Positions 49,980 through 61,350 are shown, numbered from the stretch's first letter. The stretch is DNA of 64,000 nt from an uncultured Fibrobacteraceae bacterium (GCA_964384825.1 CAYLMM010000008.1:3462-67461), one strand, 5' to 3'. The notes: generated by a model from the sequence alone, not told the origin. Made by a program: numbers and translations.

Positions 49980-50017
49980 CCGCTGCAACGGACCCGGATT
50001 CGATGGGATACGGGGGG

Positions 50018-50094
50018 TGGTGGGCGATACTGGACTTGAACCAGTGACCTCTCGCGTGTGAGGCGAGCGCTCTAGCCAGCTGAGCTAATCGCCC
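50018..50094 (-). tRNA. tRNA-Val(CAC)
   Basis: GGGCGATTAGCTCAGCTGGCTAGAGCG-CTCGC-CTCACAC-GCGAG-AGGTC-ACTGGTTCAAGTCCAGT-ATCGCCC-ACCA; cloverleaf with encoded CCA. Confidence 0.96.
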
Positions 50095-50115
50095 TCCCGT
50101 ATTCTCGATTTCCCA

Positions 50116-50191
50116 TGGTGGGCCCACCAGGAGTCGAACCTGGGACCAACCGGTTATGAGCCGGTCGCTCTAACCATTGAGCTATGGGCCC
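50116..50191 (-). tRNA. tRNA with CAT anticodon, most likely tRNA-Ile2 (lysidine-modified)
   Basis: Anticodon loop CTCATAA; paired G1-C72; C4-G69 and C5-G68 (TilS determinants); A73; position right after rpoD, as is common for Ile2. Confidence 0.9.
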
Positions 50192-50207
50192 ACAAGCCGG
50201 AGACCGC

Positions 50208-50236
50208 ACGATATAACGCGTCGGCTTCCAGGTCAA
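50208..50236 (-). promoter_or_regulatory. sigma70 promoter of the tRNA pair
   Basis: TTGACC-N17-TATCGT between the rpoD stop and tRNA-Ile2. Confidence 0.7.
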
Positions 50237-50239
50237 ATC

Positions 50240-51892
<1,653 letters not shown>

Positions 51893-51999
51893 CTGAATCT
51901 CGCGCTCCTTCAAACCGGAGTCTTACCGACGCCGCCGCGATAATCCCGCAGCGGCGAGCCTCCCGCCGGAATCGGCCCCTCGGCCTCGTCCGGCCCCCG

Positions 52000-53820
52000 T
52001 CAGGCGGAGGATCGTCCGCCATCTTCGCGACGTCCCCTTTCGCGCAGAGCCGCCACGGCCCTCTCCCGTCGTTCGGCCTCCTCCAGCCGGTCCGACAGGC
52101 CGCGAATCTCCTCGGCGTGATCACCTCCCGACATTTCTTCGTGGCCGGCCAGCAGATCGGTCACGAACCGGCGATGCGCATCGTCCCGCTCGTGCCAGCG
52201 GGACTGGATGAAACCGACGGGCGAGATATCTTCACCGGCGGCCCGGGCCTGCTGCCAGACCGCGAGCTCCTCCCGCAGCGTTTCCGCCTCGGGAGTGGAA
52301 AAGGAGCGTTCGCTCCACATCTCGAGCATCAGAGCCGCGGCGACGCCCCGTTCGTCGCGCAGGACGTGGGCGAGCATCTTCTTCTCGAGCAGGCCGCGAT
52401 CCAGTCCGGAAACGTTCCTGCCGGGGCCGGAGTTCCGTCCGGCGGCGCCCGGATCGGGGCTCGCTCCGGCCGCGCCTCGCGCCGACGCTCCCGCGGCGGC
52501 GTCCCGGTCGCGCCGGGCATGCTTGCGCGCCTCGTTCTCGATCTGCTTGTCGACCTCGGCGGCCATCAACCCGCGGCGCAGGTTGAAGATCTCGGCGGCC
52601 TCGTCCAGCAGCAGTTCGCGCCGGATCGGATCCTCGACCATCGCCAGGGCCGACAGGACTCTCTTGACGGCCCGTTCCAAGCCCTCCCTCCCGCGGCCGC
52701 TCTCGTCGGCCAGGGCGCGCAGGAAGGCCAGCCAGCTCGGAGCCTTGCCCAGCAGTTCGCCCATGGCCTCGGCGTCGTGCTCGCGCAGGAAATCGTCCGG
52801 ATCCAACCCCTCGGGCAAACGGGCTATCCGGGGCTCCAGGCCCGCGGCCAGGGCCGTTTCGCCGGCCTTGACGGCGGCCTTGATTCCGGCCTTGTCCCCG
52901 TCGTACAACACGAAGAGGGTCCGGCATCCCCGCCGCAGGATCTCGGATTGCTCCCTGGTGAACGCCGTGCCGCAGGTGGCCACGGTGTTGTTGAATCCGG
53001 CGGCGGCCAGCGCCATCAGATCCAGATACCCCTCGACCAGGATCGCCGTCTTGCGCCGGGCGATCGGGATGCGCGTCGAAGCGAAGCCGTAGAGCAGCTT
53101 TCGCTTGTTGAAATAGTCGCTTTCCGGGGAGTTGAGGTACTTGGGCTCGCCCGAACCGAGAATCCGACCGCCGAATCCGACCACCCTCTGGGCCACATTC
53201 CTGACGGGAAATATAACGCGGTTGCGGAAATAGGCAAAAGGGGCGTCAGAACCGCGGCGCATCAGCAGCCCCGCCCGCAGAGCCAGATCCTCTCCCACGC
53301 CGGCCTTCTTCAGCCCCGCAGCCAGCCAGGCGGTTCCGCCGGGAGCGAAACCGACGTCGAAGCGGCGCAGCAGATCGTCGCTGAACCCGCGGCCCTTCAT
53401 GTACGCGAGACCCTCGCTGCCCGCGGGCGACCACAGGGCGTCGCGATACATCTCGGCCGCGACCTCCTGGGCCCGGAAATGCGCCTGCCGCTCGCCCTCG
53501 GCCTCGTCGTTCTCGGTCAGATAGCGGGCCAGATCGATGTTCAGGGGGCGGGCCAGGATCTCGACCGCCTCGGGGAAGGCCAGGCCCTGCAGCTGCATCA
53601 GGAACGAGATGACGTCGCCGCCCTCGCCGCAGCCGAAGCACTTGTAGATCCCGCGGGCGGGATTGACGTGGAAGCTGGGGGTCTTCTCGCGATGGAAGGG
53701 ACACAGTCCCTTGAAGTTGGCTCCGGCCGGCTTCAGGGAGACATACTGCCGGACCACATCGACGATGTCGGTCTCGTCCTTGATGCGGTTGACGACGTCT
53801 CGGGGCAGAACTGGCGACAT
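52000..53820 (-). CDS. dnaG: DNA primase
   Basis: Zn-binding CPFHREKTPSF...CFGC, FRNRVIFP, KYLNSPE, VEGYLD, YDGDKAG, DPDD. Confidence 0.97.
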   Translation of the reverse strand: MSPVLPRDVVNRIKDETDIVDVVRQYVSLKPAGANFKGLCPFHREKTPSFHVNPARGIYKCFGCGEGGDVISFLMQLQGLAFPEAVEILARPLNIDLARYLTENDEAEGERQAHFRAQEVAAEMYRDALWSPAGSEGLAYMKGRGFSDDLLRRFDVGFAPGGTAWLAAGLKKAGVGEDLALRAGLLMRRGSDAPFAYFRNRVIFPVRNVAQRVVGFGGRILGSGEPKYLNSPESDYFNKRKLLYGFASTRIPIARRKTAILVEGYLDLMALAAAGFNNTVATCGTAFTREQSEILRRGCRTLFVLYDGDKAGIKAAVKAGETALAAGLEPRIARLPEGLDPDDFLREHDAEAMGELLGKAPSWLAFLRALADESGRGREGLERAVKRVLSALAMVEDPIRRELLLDEAAEIFNLRRGLMAAEVDKQIENEARKHARRDRDAAAGASARGAAGASPDPGAAGRNSGPGRNVSGLDRGLLEKKMLAHVLRDERGVAAALMLEMWSERSFSTPEAETLREELAVWQQARAAGEDISPVGFIQSRWHERDDAHRRFVTDLLAGHEEMSGGDHAEEIRGLSDRLEEAERRERAVAALRERGRREDGGRSSA

Positions 53821-53877
53821 CAGCGCGAAGCCCCTCCGGCGGAAAATGATGCTCTGAAAAAGAGGTGGCGATCGACT

Positions 53878-53906
53878 AGGGTACTATCGATTCCGCCTTT
53901 TGTCCA
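53878..53906 (-). promoter_or_regulatory. Putative sigma70 promoter of dnaG
   Basis: TGGACA-N17-TACCCT in the mutS2-dnaG gap. Confidence 0.55.
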
Positions 53907-53915
53907 CCAACTGGC

Positions 53916-56354
53916 TCAATCGGCCAGACGGACCAGCGTCACCCCGTGGCCGCCCTGGTCCAGGGGAGCCTCCGTGAAATGGACCACGCGGGCGTCCGAA
54001 CGCAGCCTTTCGCGCAGATGGGCCGCCAAACGCCCGGTGCCGACGCCGTGGATGACCCGGATCTCGGACAGGCCCGCGGGAACGGCCCGGTCCAGCAGCA
54101 GATCCAGGGCGTCCCAGGCCTCGTCGCCCCGGAAACCGCGCAGATCGATCTCCTGCAGGGTCGACGGCGGCGGTCCGCCCCAGTTCCAGCCGACCTTCTC
54201 GACCGGCGCGGCGGACCGGTCGGCGCTCCGGGCGGCGGTCCCGCCGGACGCAGAATCGGCGGAACCTTCGGCGCCATCGAGCAGCGTCACGTTCGACCGC
54301 TCCACCGTCAGACGCATGCCCCGCGCATCGGCCACCAGCTTCTCGCCCCGGATCTCGACCACGATCCCGATCACGCCCAGATGCGGGATGCGGACGCGGT
54401 CGCCGATCTCCAGCGGCTTCACGGCGGCCGGCTCGGGCCGCGGCCGGCGGCTCTTCAGCGATTCGCCCATCCTGCGCAGGCTCTCCTTGCCGCGGCGGAT
54501 GCTTTCGCGGTCGGCCCCAGCGCTGCGCAGATCGCGGACGACCTGCTCCATCCGCCGGCGGCCCTCGGCCAGAAGCCCCTCGCCCTCGCGGTCGGCCGCG
54601 GCCAGGCGTTCGCGCCGTTCCTTCTCGATGCCGGCGAGCCGCTTCTCGAGCTCCGACTCCCGGTCGCGCAGCCGCTCGGCCAGCGCGCGCCCCTCGGCCT
54701 CGTGTTCGGCGGCGGCGCGAGCCCGGGCGCCGAGATCGGCCAGCAGGCGCTCGAGCTGGAAACGCTCCTCTCCCAGGCGGGCGCGGGCCCGGTCCAGCAG
54801 CGCGGCGGGAAACGCGAGCCGGCCCGCGATGTCGAAGGCGTGGCTGGCGCCGGGCACCCCCAGCCTGAGGCTGAACAGGGGGCTGAGGGTCTGCTCGTCG
54901 AAGTCCATCGCCGCATTGACCATCAGGGGATGATCGGCGGCCGCGGCCTTCAGCAGCCCGTAATGGGTCGAGGCCAGCACGAGGGCGCCGCGGCCGGCCA
55001 GTTCCTCGAGCACCGAGAAGGCCAGGGCCGTGCCCTCGTCCGGATCGGTGCCGCTGCCGATCTCGTCGCAGAGCACCAGGGTCCGCGGCCCCGCCAGATC
55101 GAGGAACCGGGAAAGGTGGCTCAGATGGGCGGTGAAACTGCTGAGCGACATCTCGATCGACTGCTCGTCCCCCAGATCGACGCAGATGCGGTCGACCAGA
55201 GGCAGGGTCGTGTCTTCGCGCGCGGGAACGTCCCAGCCGCACTGGGCGAGCATGATCAGCACACCCACGCCCTTCAGGGCGACGGACTTGCCGCCGGCGT
55301 TGGGGCCCGAGATCACCAGGGCGCGGCGATCGGCGGGCATCTCCAGATCCAGGGGCGTGACCGCGGCGGGATCCTCCAGGCGGGCCAGCAGCAGCGGATG
55401 GCGGCCGCGGCGCACGCTCAGGGCCGCACCGGGCTCCAGCGCGGGCCGGGCGCCGGCGACCGAACGGCTCCAGAGCATGGCGGCGCGGGTCTCGTCGCAG
55501 AGCAGCATCAGCTCGGCGGCGGCGATCAGGTCGTCCGCCGCGGCCTCCACCATGCGGTTCAGATCCATCAGGATCCGGTCGATCTCGGCGGAGGCCTCGA
55601 GACGCGTCTCGACCAGGTCGTTCTGGATCAGCACCGCCGCGGCCGGCTCCATGTAGATGGTGCCGCCGGAGGACGAGCGGTCGTGCACGATGCCGTCGAT
55701 GCGGCGCCGGGCTCCGGCGCGCAGCGGCAGGCAGAAGCGGTCGCCGCGCAGGGTGACCTCCGGTCCGGTGGTCCAGCCCTTGGTCTTGGCCCGGGCCATC
55801 GCCGCGGAGACCTCCGACCGCACCGACCGCTCCTGCTCGCGTTCGCGGCGGCGCAGGCGCGCCAGCAGAGGCGAGGCGTCGTCGCGCATCCGGCCGTCGC
55901 GGTCGAAGACCCGGGTCACGGCGGCGTGCAGGGCGGCGAAGGGCGGCAGCGCGGCGGCGGCGCCCGACCAGACCGGGCAGGCGTCGGCGCGGGCGCGGCA
56001 GAACCCGGCGAAGCGATCGAGATCGGCGGCGACCTGGGCGATGTGGACCAGGTCCTCGCCCTCCAGACGGAGGGGGCGGCCGCGCTCGAGAAGATCGAGC
56101 AGATCGGAAACCTCGACCACCGGCGGCCAGCGGTCGGCGTCGCCCTCGGCGCGCAGTTCGTCGGCCAGCAGCCGGCGCAGTTCGATGGGAGCGGGATCGG
56201 CGTAGGGGCGCCGTGCGCGGAGAGATTCGGCGGCGCGGCGGCAGCGGGCGTGGCCGGCGACCAGGCCGGTCACCCGCCCCCATTCCAGCAGGTCGCAGGT
56301 GCGCGCATGTACCGCGTCGTCGACCAGGACGTCCTCGCGGTCATGCTTCGCCAT
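53916..56354 (-). CDS. mutS2: Endonuclease MutS2 (RqcU-like) with KOW and Smr domains
   Basis: HDRSSSGGTIYMEP, ISGPNAGGKS, DEQSIEMSLSSF, DEIGSGTDP, STHY, GASHAF, IDLRG, IHGVGTG. Confidence 0.94.
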   Translation of the reverse strand: MAKHDREDVLVDDAVHARTCDLLEWGRVTGLVAGHARCRRAAESLRARRPYADPAPIELRRLLADELRAEGDADRWPPVVEVSDLLDLLERGRPLRLEGEDLVHIAQVAADLDRFAGFCRARADACPVWSGAAAALPPFAALHAAVTRVFDRDGRMRDDASPLLARLRRREREQERSVRSEVSAAMARAKTKGWTTGPEVTLRGDRFCLPLRAGARRRIDGIVHDRSSSGGTIYMEPAAAVLIQNDLVETRLEASAEIDRILMDLNRMVEAAADDLIAAAELMLLCDETRAAMLWSRSVAGARPALEPGAALSVRRGRHPLLLARLEDPAAVTPLDLEMPADRRALVISGPNAGGKSVALKGVGVLIMLAQCGWDVPAREDTTLPLVDRICVDLGDEQSIEMSLSSFTAHLSHLSRFLDLAGPRTLVLCDEIGSGTDPDEGTALAFSVLEELAGRGALVLASTHYGLLKAAAADHPLMVNAAMDFDEQTLSPLFSLRLGVPGASHAFDIAGRLAFPAALLDRARARLGEERFQLERLLADLGARARAAAEHEAEGRALAERLRDRESELEKRLAGIEKERRERLAAADREGEGLLAEGRRRMEQVVRDLRSAGADRESIRRGKESLRRMGESLKSRRPRPEPAAVKPLEIGDRVRIPHLGVIGIVVEIRGEKLVADARGMRLTVERSNVTLLDGAEGSADSASGGTAARSADRSAAPVEKVGWNWGGPPPSTLQEIDLRGFRGDEAWDALDLLLDRAVPAGLSEIRVIHGVGTGRLAAHLRERLRSDARVVHFTEAPLDQGGHGVTLVRLAD

Positions 56355-56379
56355 CCGTGCCAGCAGATCTTGCAAGCTC

Positions 56380-56952
56380 TCAACCCCGTGAATCGCCGGA
56401 CCCCGGCAGGGAAGCCGTGAGCCGATCACGGGACACGTCCAGAACCTGCTGCAGAACCTCGCGCTCATCGCCGCCCATGCTGCGGAACAGGCGATAGAGC
56501 CGCGGGGCCGCCTCGTAGATCAGGCGGGTCGGAGCGCGGGCGGTGAAATGTTCGTGGACCTTCTCGCCGCCGGGCAGCTGCGTGGCGCCCAGCAGCAGCA
56601 CCGAGCAGAGGACCGCCCCGATCAGCAGCCCGAAGAGCGCGCCGCCGATCCGGTCGATCCAGCCCAGGACCGAGATGCGGACGATCTTGCTGATCAGCCC
56701 GGCGAGCCAGCGCGTCAGCAGCAATCCCGCGAGGAAGAGCACGACCCAGGCGATGATCGCGGCGACCTTCAGCGAGAGGTCGGTGCCGCCGGACAGGGCC
56801 CGGCCCACGGCGGGCGAGACCCCCGAGGCGAGGAAGAAGCTGCCCACCAGCCCCAGGAACTCCAGCAGGCGGCGCACCAGGCCGACCTTCAGTCCCAGGA
56901 TCAGGAACAGGGCCAACAGCGCGACCGAGACTGCGACGAGCAGTTCCATCAT
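56380..56952 (-). CDS. cvpA: CvpA family membrane protein
   Basis: Four hydrophobic segments, GLKVGLVR, LGWIDRIGGALFG; adjacent to mutS2. Confidence 0.85.
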   Translation of the reverse strand: MMELLVAVSVALLALFLILGLKVGLVRRLLEFLGLVGSFFLASGVSPAVGRALSGGTDLSLKVAAIIAWVVLFLAGLLLTRWLAGLISKIVRISVLGWIDRIGGALFGLLIGAVLCSVLLLGATQLPGGEKVHEHFTARAPTRLIYEAAPRLYRLFRSMGGDEREVLQQVLDVSRDRLTASLPGSGDSRG

Positions 56953-56964
56953 CCCTCCATAGGA

Positions 56965-57420
56965 TCAGCCGGCGAGGCGTTTCTTGACCGCGGCGCTGAC
57001 CCGCGACCCGTCGGCCCGGCCCGCGAAGGCGGCCATGGCGGCCTTCATGACCCGGCCCATGTCCTTCATCCCTTCGGCGCCGGTCTCGGCGACCGCGGCC
57101 TCGACCAGCTTGGCGATCTCGTCGTCGCTCATCTCGGCCGGCAGGTACTGCTCGACCAGGGCGAGCTCGGCCTCGGCGCCGGCGACCAGATCGTCGCGGC
57201 CCGCGTCCCGGGCCCCCGCCAGGGAATCCTTGACCTTCTTGGCGTATGAGCGCACGACCTTGACGACTCCCTCGTCGTCGAGTTCCACGCGCTGATCGAT
57301 CTCGATCTGCTTGACGGCGGCCTGCAGCATCCGCAGCACCTGCAGCCGCTGCTTGTCCCTGGCCTTCATCGCGGCCACGACGTCCGCCTTGAGGCGGGCG
57401 GCAATCTCTCCGCTCGGCAT
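56965..57420 (-). CDS. yqeY: GatB/YqeY domain protein
   Basis: AMKARDK, E...YLPAEMS, DMGRVMK, GRADG. Confidence 0.92.
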   Translation of the reverse strand: MPSGEIAARLKADVVAAMKARDKQRLQVLRMLQAAVKQIEIDQRVELDDEGVVKVVRSYAKKVKDSLAGARDAGRDDLVAGAEAELALVEQYLPAEMSDDEIAKLVEAAVAETGAEGMKDMGRVMKAAMAAFAGRADGSRVSAAVKKRLAG

Positions 57421-57521
57421 CGTCGTTCTCTTTTCGTTGACGTTTCCGGCGCCGGGCGCCGGCGGGCCGCGTCGGCGGCCCCGGAAAGGACTATGCTACG
57501 ATCCCCGCCGGCCGTCCAGCC

Positions 57522-58310
57522 TTACCGCCGGCCGCGGATCCGATCCCGCGCCGCCTGCAGCAGCACGATGCCGGCGGCGGCGGCGGTCTCGGTCCGCAAC
57601 CGGTGCGGTCCGAGACATACCGGGCGCGCGGCGGCGGCCAGGACGGTCAGCTCCTCGGCGCTCCAGCCGCCTTCCGGGCCGACGATCCAGACCAGGTCGC
57701 TCGGCGCGGCCCGGCCGTCCGCGGCGGTGATCACGTCGGCCGGTCCGATCAGGCGCGGAGCTGTGTCGGGTCTCTCGCGATGGGCGGGTACGGCGACCCC
57801 GTAGAAGAGATCCGCCCCGGGCGTCGCGGCCATCATCTCCGGCAGCGACAGGGGCGGCTTCAACTCAGGAAACCACGACCTGCCCGACTGCTTCACCGCC
57901 GATCTCAGGGCGGTGGTCCAGCGCGAGGCCTTGCCGTCGCGGGGCTTGACCACGGCGTGCTCGGTGACCAGCGGCCAGACGACGTGCACGCCCAGTTCGA
58001 CGGCCTTCTCCAGGGCCCATTCGAAACGGCGTCCCTTGACCACGCCGCAGGCCAGATGCAGTCGCGGCGCGCCGACGGCCTCGGGATCCTCGCTGACGCC
58101 GCCGATCTCGACCACCGCGCGTCCGCCCTCGACGCCGGCCACCGTCCCCCGGTAGAGACGGCCTCGGCCGTCGGTCAACGCGACCGGATCGCCGGCCCGC
58201 GCGCGCAGGACCTTCAGCAGGTGGCGGCTCTCTTCGGCGGTCAGGGACAGTCGGTCGCCCGCAGCGGCGGGCGCGTCGGCGGGAACGTCGTCGAGGAAGA
58301 ACAGATGCAA
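57522..58310 (-). CDS. rsmE: 16S rRNA m3U1498 methyltransferase
   Basis: HLLKVLR, EKAVELGV, AVKQSGR, IVGPEGGWS, LGPHRLRTETA. Confidence 0.94.
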   Translation of the reverse strand: MHLFFLDDVPADAPAAAGDRLSLTAEESRHLLKVLRARAGDPVALTDGRGRLYRGTVAGVEGGRAVVEIGGVSEDPEAVGAPRLHLACGVVKGRRFEWALEKAVELGVHVVWPLVTEHAVVKPRDGKASRWTTALRSAVKQSGRSWFPELKPPLSLPEMMAATPGADLFYGVAVPAHRERPDTAPRLIGPADVITAADGRAAPSDLVWIVGPEGGWSAEELTVLAAAARPVCLGPHRLRTETAAAAGIVLLQAARDRIRGRR

Positions 58311-58338
58311 GGCGCCCTCCAGCTTCCGGGCCGATGGA

Positions 58339-59478
58339 TCAACGGAAGCGGCCGCGGCCGGGCTCGGGAACCCGGGACGCGAAATCCTCGCGCAGGGCCT
58401 CGAGCTGTTCCTGCTGTCCGGGTTCGAGGTCCTGGATCGTCCAGGCCATCACCCGCACGAGCTGGTCGCCGTTCCCGCCGCGGTTGAGCCGGGGCATGCC
58501 CTTGCCCCGCAGCCGGAAGATCTTGTGGGTATGCGTTCCGGCGGGGATCTTCAGCGCGACCCGGCCGTCGAGCGTCGGCACCTCCACCTTCACTCCCAGG
58601 ATCAGGTCGATCGGCGAGACCGGCACGTCGACCAGGATGTCGTCGCCGTGACGGGCGAAGATCGGGTGGTCGGCGACCTCCATGATCACCCTCAGGTCGC
58701 CCGACGGAGCGCCCTGGCGTCCGGCGTCGCCGCGGCCTGCGAGGTCCATGTAGTTCCCGGTAGCCACACCCTCGGGGATCCGCACCTCGATGGTCTCTTC
58801 GCCGCGGACCGAGCCGGTGCCGTTGCACGAGGGGCACGGGCGTTCGACGGTGGTGCCGCGGCCCTGGCAGGCCGGGCAGACCCCCTCGGTGACCATCTGG
58901 CCGAAGAGCGACTGGCGCACCTGCCGCACGCGGCCGTGGCCGCCGCACTGGGAGCAGGGCACGGGCCGGTTGCCGGGCGCGGCGCCGTCGCCGCCGCATT
59001 CGGAGCAGACGACCTGCTTGCGCAGCTTGATCTTCTTGCGCGCGCCCCGGGCCGCCTCCTGCAGGGTGAGCTTGACCTTCACCTGCAGGTCGTGGCCCCG
59101 GTTGCCGCCGCCGGCCGCGCGGCCGCCCGCGCCGCCGAAGATGTCCTCGAAGCCGCCGAAACCGCCGAAGTTGCGCAGGAACGATTCGAGCGCGTCATCG
59201 AGCCCGAATCCCGCGCCGAAACCGGCCTGCGCGCCGAAACCGGCGGCCTGGTCGAAGGCGGCGTGGCCGAACTGGTCGTACTGCTGCTTCTTCTGGGGAT
59301 CCTTGAGGATCTCGTAGGCCTCGGTCGCCTCGCGGAACTTCTCGCCGGCGCTCTGGTCGTCGGGATTCCGGTCGGGATGGTATTTCACGGCCAACCGTCG
59401 GTAGGCCTTCTTGATCTCGTTCTCGGTGGCCTCCCTGCCGACTCCGAGCACCTCGTAGTAATCACGCTTCTGCGCCAT
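58339..59478 (-). CDS. dnaJ: Chaperone DnaJ
   Basis: [14 protein letters not shown] region, four CxxCxGxG repeats. Confidence 0.97.
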   Translation of the reverse strand: MAQKRDYYEVLGVGREATENEIKKAYRRLAVKYHPDRNPDDQSAGEKFREATEAYEILKDPQKKQQYDQFGHAAFDQAAGFGAQAGFGAGFGLDDALESFLRNFGGFGGFEDIFGGAGGRAAGGGNRGHDLQVKVKLTLQEAARGARKKIKLRKQVVCSECGGDGAAPGNRPVPCSQCGGHGRVRQVRQSLFGQMVTEGVCPACQGRGTTVERPCPSCNGTGSVRGEETIEVRIPEGVATGNYMDLAGRGDAGRQGAPSGDLRVIMEVADHPIFARHGDDILVDVPVSPIDLILGVKVEVPTLDGRVALKIPAGTHTHKIFRLRGKGMPRLNRGGNGDQLVRVMAWTIQDLEPGQQEQLEALREDFASRVPEPGRGRFR

Positions 59479-59513
59479 CGTTCCTCATCTCTGTCGCTGC
59501 GGCGATCGGGTTC

Positions 59514-60167
59514 TCAGCGGGCCACCACGACCCGAGCCGGCCTGACGACCAGCTCTCCCATCCTGTATCCGGGCTGGGCGACATCGGTGATCTCGCCGGA
59601 ACCGAAATCCTCGCTCTCGATCTGCATGACCGCTTCGTGGAGATTGGGGTCGAACACGGTCCCCGGCCCGGCCTCGATCTTCTCGAGTCCCCGCGAAGCC
59701 AGGACCTCCTTCAGGCGGGAATGGATCAGTTCCATGCCCTCGCGGAACCCGACGAAGGCCTCGCCGCTGCCGCCGTCCTCGGGCAGGGCGGCGCGGGCGC
59801 GGTCGAAGTTGTCCAGGATCTCCAGCAGATCGCGCATGACGTCGGCCTGGGCGAATCGACGGGCGTCGACGGTCTCGCGCCGGCTGCGCTTGCGGAAATT
59901 GTCCAGCTCGGCCACCGTCCGCAGCCAGCGGTCCTTGTACTGGTCGCGCTCGAGCTCGGCCTCGGCCAGAGGGTCGGGGTCGGCGGCCTCGTCGGGCGTT
60001 CCGGCGTCCTGCTCGATCTCGCCGTTCTCTTCGATATCGACGGACGCTTCGGCCGCTTCATCGACGGTCGGGTCGTTCTCGACGTTCTCGACGATCTCAT
60101 CCGTCCCGTTCGCCGGCTGCCGGTCGGTTTTCCGGCCGCGCCGGGCGGGGCGTTTCTTGTCGGACAT
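59514..60167 (-). CDS. grpE: Nucleotide exchange factor GrpE
   Basis: AELDNFRKR, LEILDNFDRA, FDPNLHEA, GYRMG..VVRPARVVV. Confidence 0.95.
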   Translation of the reverse strand: MSDKKRPARRGRKTDRQPANGTDEIVENVENDPTVDEAAEASVDIEENGEIEQDAGTPDEAADPDPLAEAELERDQYKDRWLRTVAELDNFRKRSRRETVDARRFAQADVMRDLLEILDNFDRARAALPEDGGSGEAFVGFREGMELIHSRLKEVLASRGLEKIEAGPGTVFDPNLHEAVMQIESEDFGSGEITDVAQPGYRMGELVVRPARVVVAR

Positions 60168-60197
60168 GCTCGTTCGTCCTCCTCGAGGGGATGGCGT

Positions 60198-60217
60198 CCC
60201 GGCGGAATGCCGCCGGG
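60198..60217 (-). other. GC-rich stem-loop between hrcA and grpE
   Basis: CCCGGCGG-CATT-CCGCCGGG directly after the hrcA stop; no U tract. Confidence 0.55.
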
Positions 60218-60219
60218 GA

Positions 60220-61254
60220 TCAGCCCATGGTTCTGAGGCTGCGGGCCAGCGCGTTCAGGCCGGCTATCGTACGGTCGTAGGGCATGCGGCGCAGACCGAG
60301 AACGGCCAGCACGCCCTTGCGGCCGGTCATGTCGTAGGGGGCCAGAACCAGGCTGAAGGGCCGCAACTCGGCCACCGGATTCTCCGATCCGATCCAGACG
60401 GCGATCTGCTCCCGGCCCGACGGGCTGAGCCTCTGCAGGACGTCGCGGATGGTGCGCGGCGATTCCAGGAAACGGATCAGGGTCTTCAGACGGTCGGCCT
60501 CGGAGAATTCCGGCTCGTCCAGCACGTTGGCCACGCCGGTCATCTCGATCTCGGCTTCTTCGACGTCGGCGAAAAGCTCCTCGCCGCGCGACGCGATGTC
60601 GCTGGCACAGTCGCAGGCGGGCGACGCCGCCGGATCGAGCGCCGGCAGCACGCCCGAGCGGATCTCGCCGATCGTGCGGCCCGAGATCCTTTCGGACAGG
60701 ACCCGCGCCGCGTCCTCCAGCACCAGCGGCGGCCACTCCCTGTCCAGGGCCACGGTCAAGGTCCGCACCAGCGCGTTCTCGAGCACCAGGACCATCAGCA
60801 CCCGCCGGCCCTCGCGCGGATGCAGCTCGACCCGCAGGGCGCGGACATCGTCCCAGGTCGGTCCGAGGATGATGCCGATGCCGGCGGTCAGGCGGCACAG
60901 CAGCCCGGCCAGCGAACGCACCATGACGTGGGTCCCGGCCGCCTGCTGCAGCTCGCGGTCCACCATCTGCCGCACCTCGTCCGCCCGCGGATCGCCCAGG
61001 CCGGGCCACTCGGTCATGATCCGGTTCACGAAGGCGCGGTAGCCGGCGTCGGTGGGCACCCGGCCGGCCGAGGCATGCGGCTTGACGAGCAGGCCGTCGG
61101 CTTCCAGGCGGCCCATCTCGGCGCGCACCGTGGCCGACGAGACGCCGCCGCCGAGCCAGCGCACGACCAGGCCGGAACTGACCGGCTGGCCGGATTCGCT
61201 GTAGAGCCGGACCACGGCGTCGAGTATGAGATTTCTGCGTCTGGTCATTTCCAC
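60220..61254 (-). CDS. hrcA: Heat-inducible transcription repressor HrcA
   Basis: ILDAVVRLY...PVSS, SSATVRAEM..LE, KPHASAGRVPT..GYR, GVANVLDEPEF, IGSEN, G.RRMPY. Confidence 0.94.
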   Translation of the reverse strand: MEMTRRRNLILDAVVRLYSESGQPVSSGLVVRWLGGGVSSATVRAEMGRLEADGLLVKPHASAGRVPTDAGYRAFVNRIMTEWPGLGDPRADEVRQMVDRELQQAAGTHVMVRSLAGLLCRLTAGIGIILGPTWDDVRALRVELHPREGRRVLMVLVLENALVRTLTVALDREWPPLVLEDAARVLSERISGRTIGEIRSGVLPALDPAASPACDCASDIASRGEELFADVEEAEIEMTGVANVLDEPEFSEADRLKTLIRFLESPRTIRDVLQRLSPSGREQIAVWIGSENPVAELRPFSLVLAPYDMTGRKGVLAVLGLRRMPYDRTIAGLNALARSLRTMG

Positions 61255-61299
61255 GATTCATGCCTCGGATCGTCGTCGGGGCGGAAAACGAGCGGCTAC

Positions 61300-61329
61300 A
61301 AGGTAGTACGGACGATTTCCAGGTGTCAA
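61300..61329 (-). promoter_or_regulatory. Putative sigma70 promoter of hrcA-grpE-dnaJ
   Basis: TTGACA-N18-TACCTT in the hemW-hrcA gap. Confidence 0.65.
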
Positions 61330-61350
61330 CCCGGGCCCCGCACGGCCCCG

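Noticed and set aside
50116-50191. tRNA-Met or fMet call for the CAT tRNA
   Set aside because: Paired 1-72 and no GGG/CCC anticodon stem exclude fMet; the acceptor stem and context favour Ile2. Elongator Met is not fully excluded.
50018-50191. tRNA-targeted integrated element
   Set aside because: No integrase, and I noticed no duplicated tRNA 3' end in the window.
61255-61350. CIRCE element
   Set aside because: No TTAGCACTC-N9-GAGTGCTAA-like inverted repeat is present.
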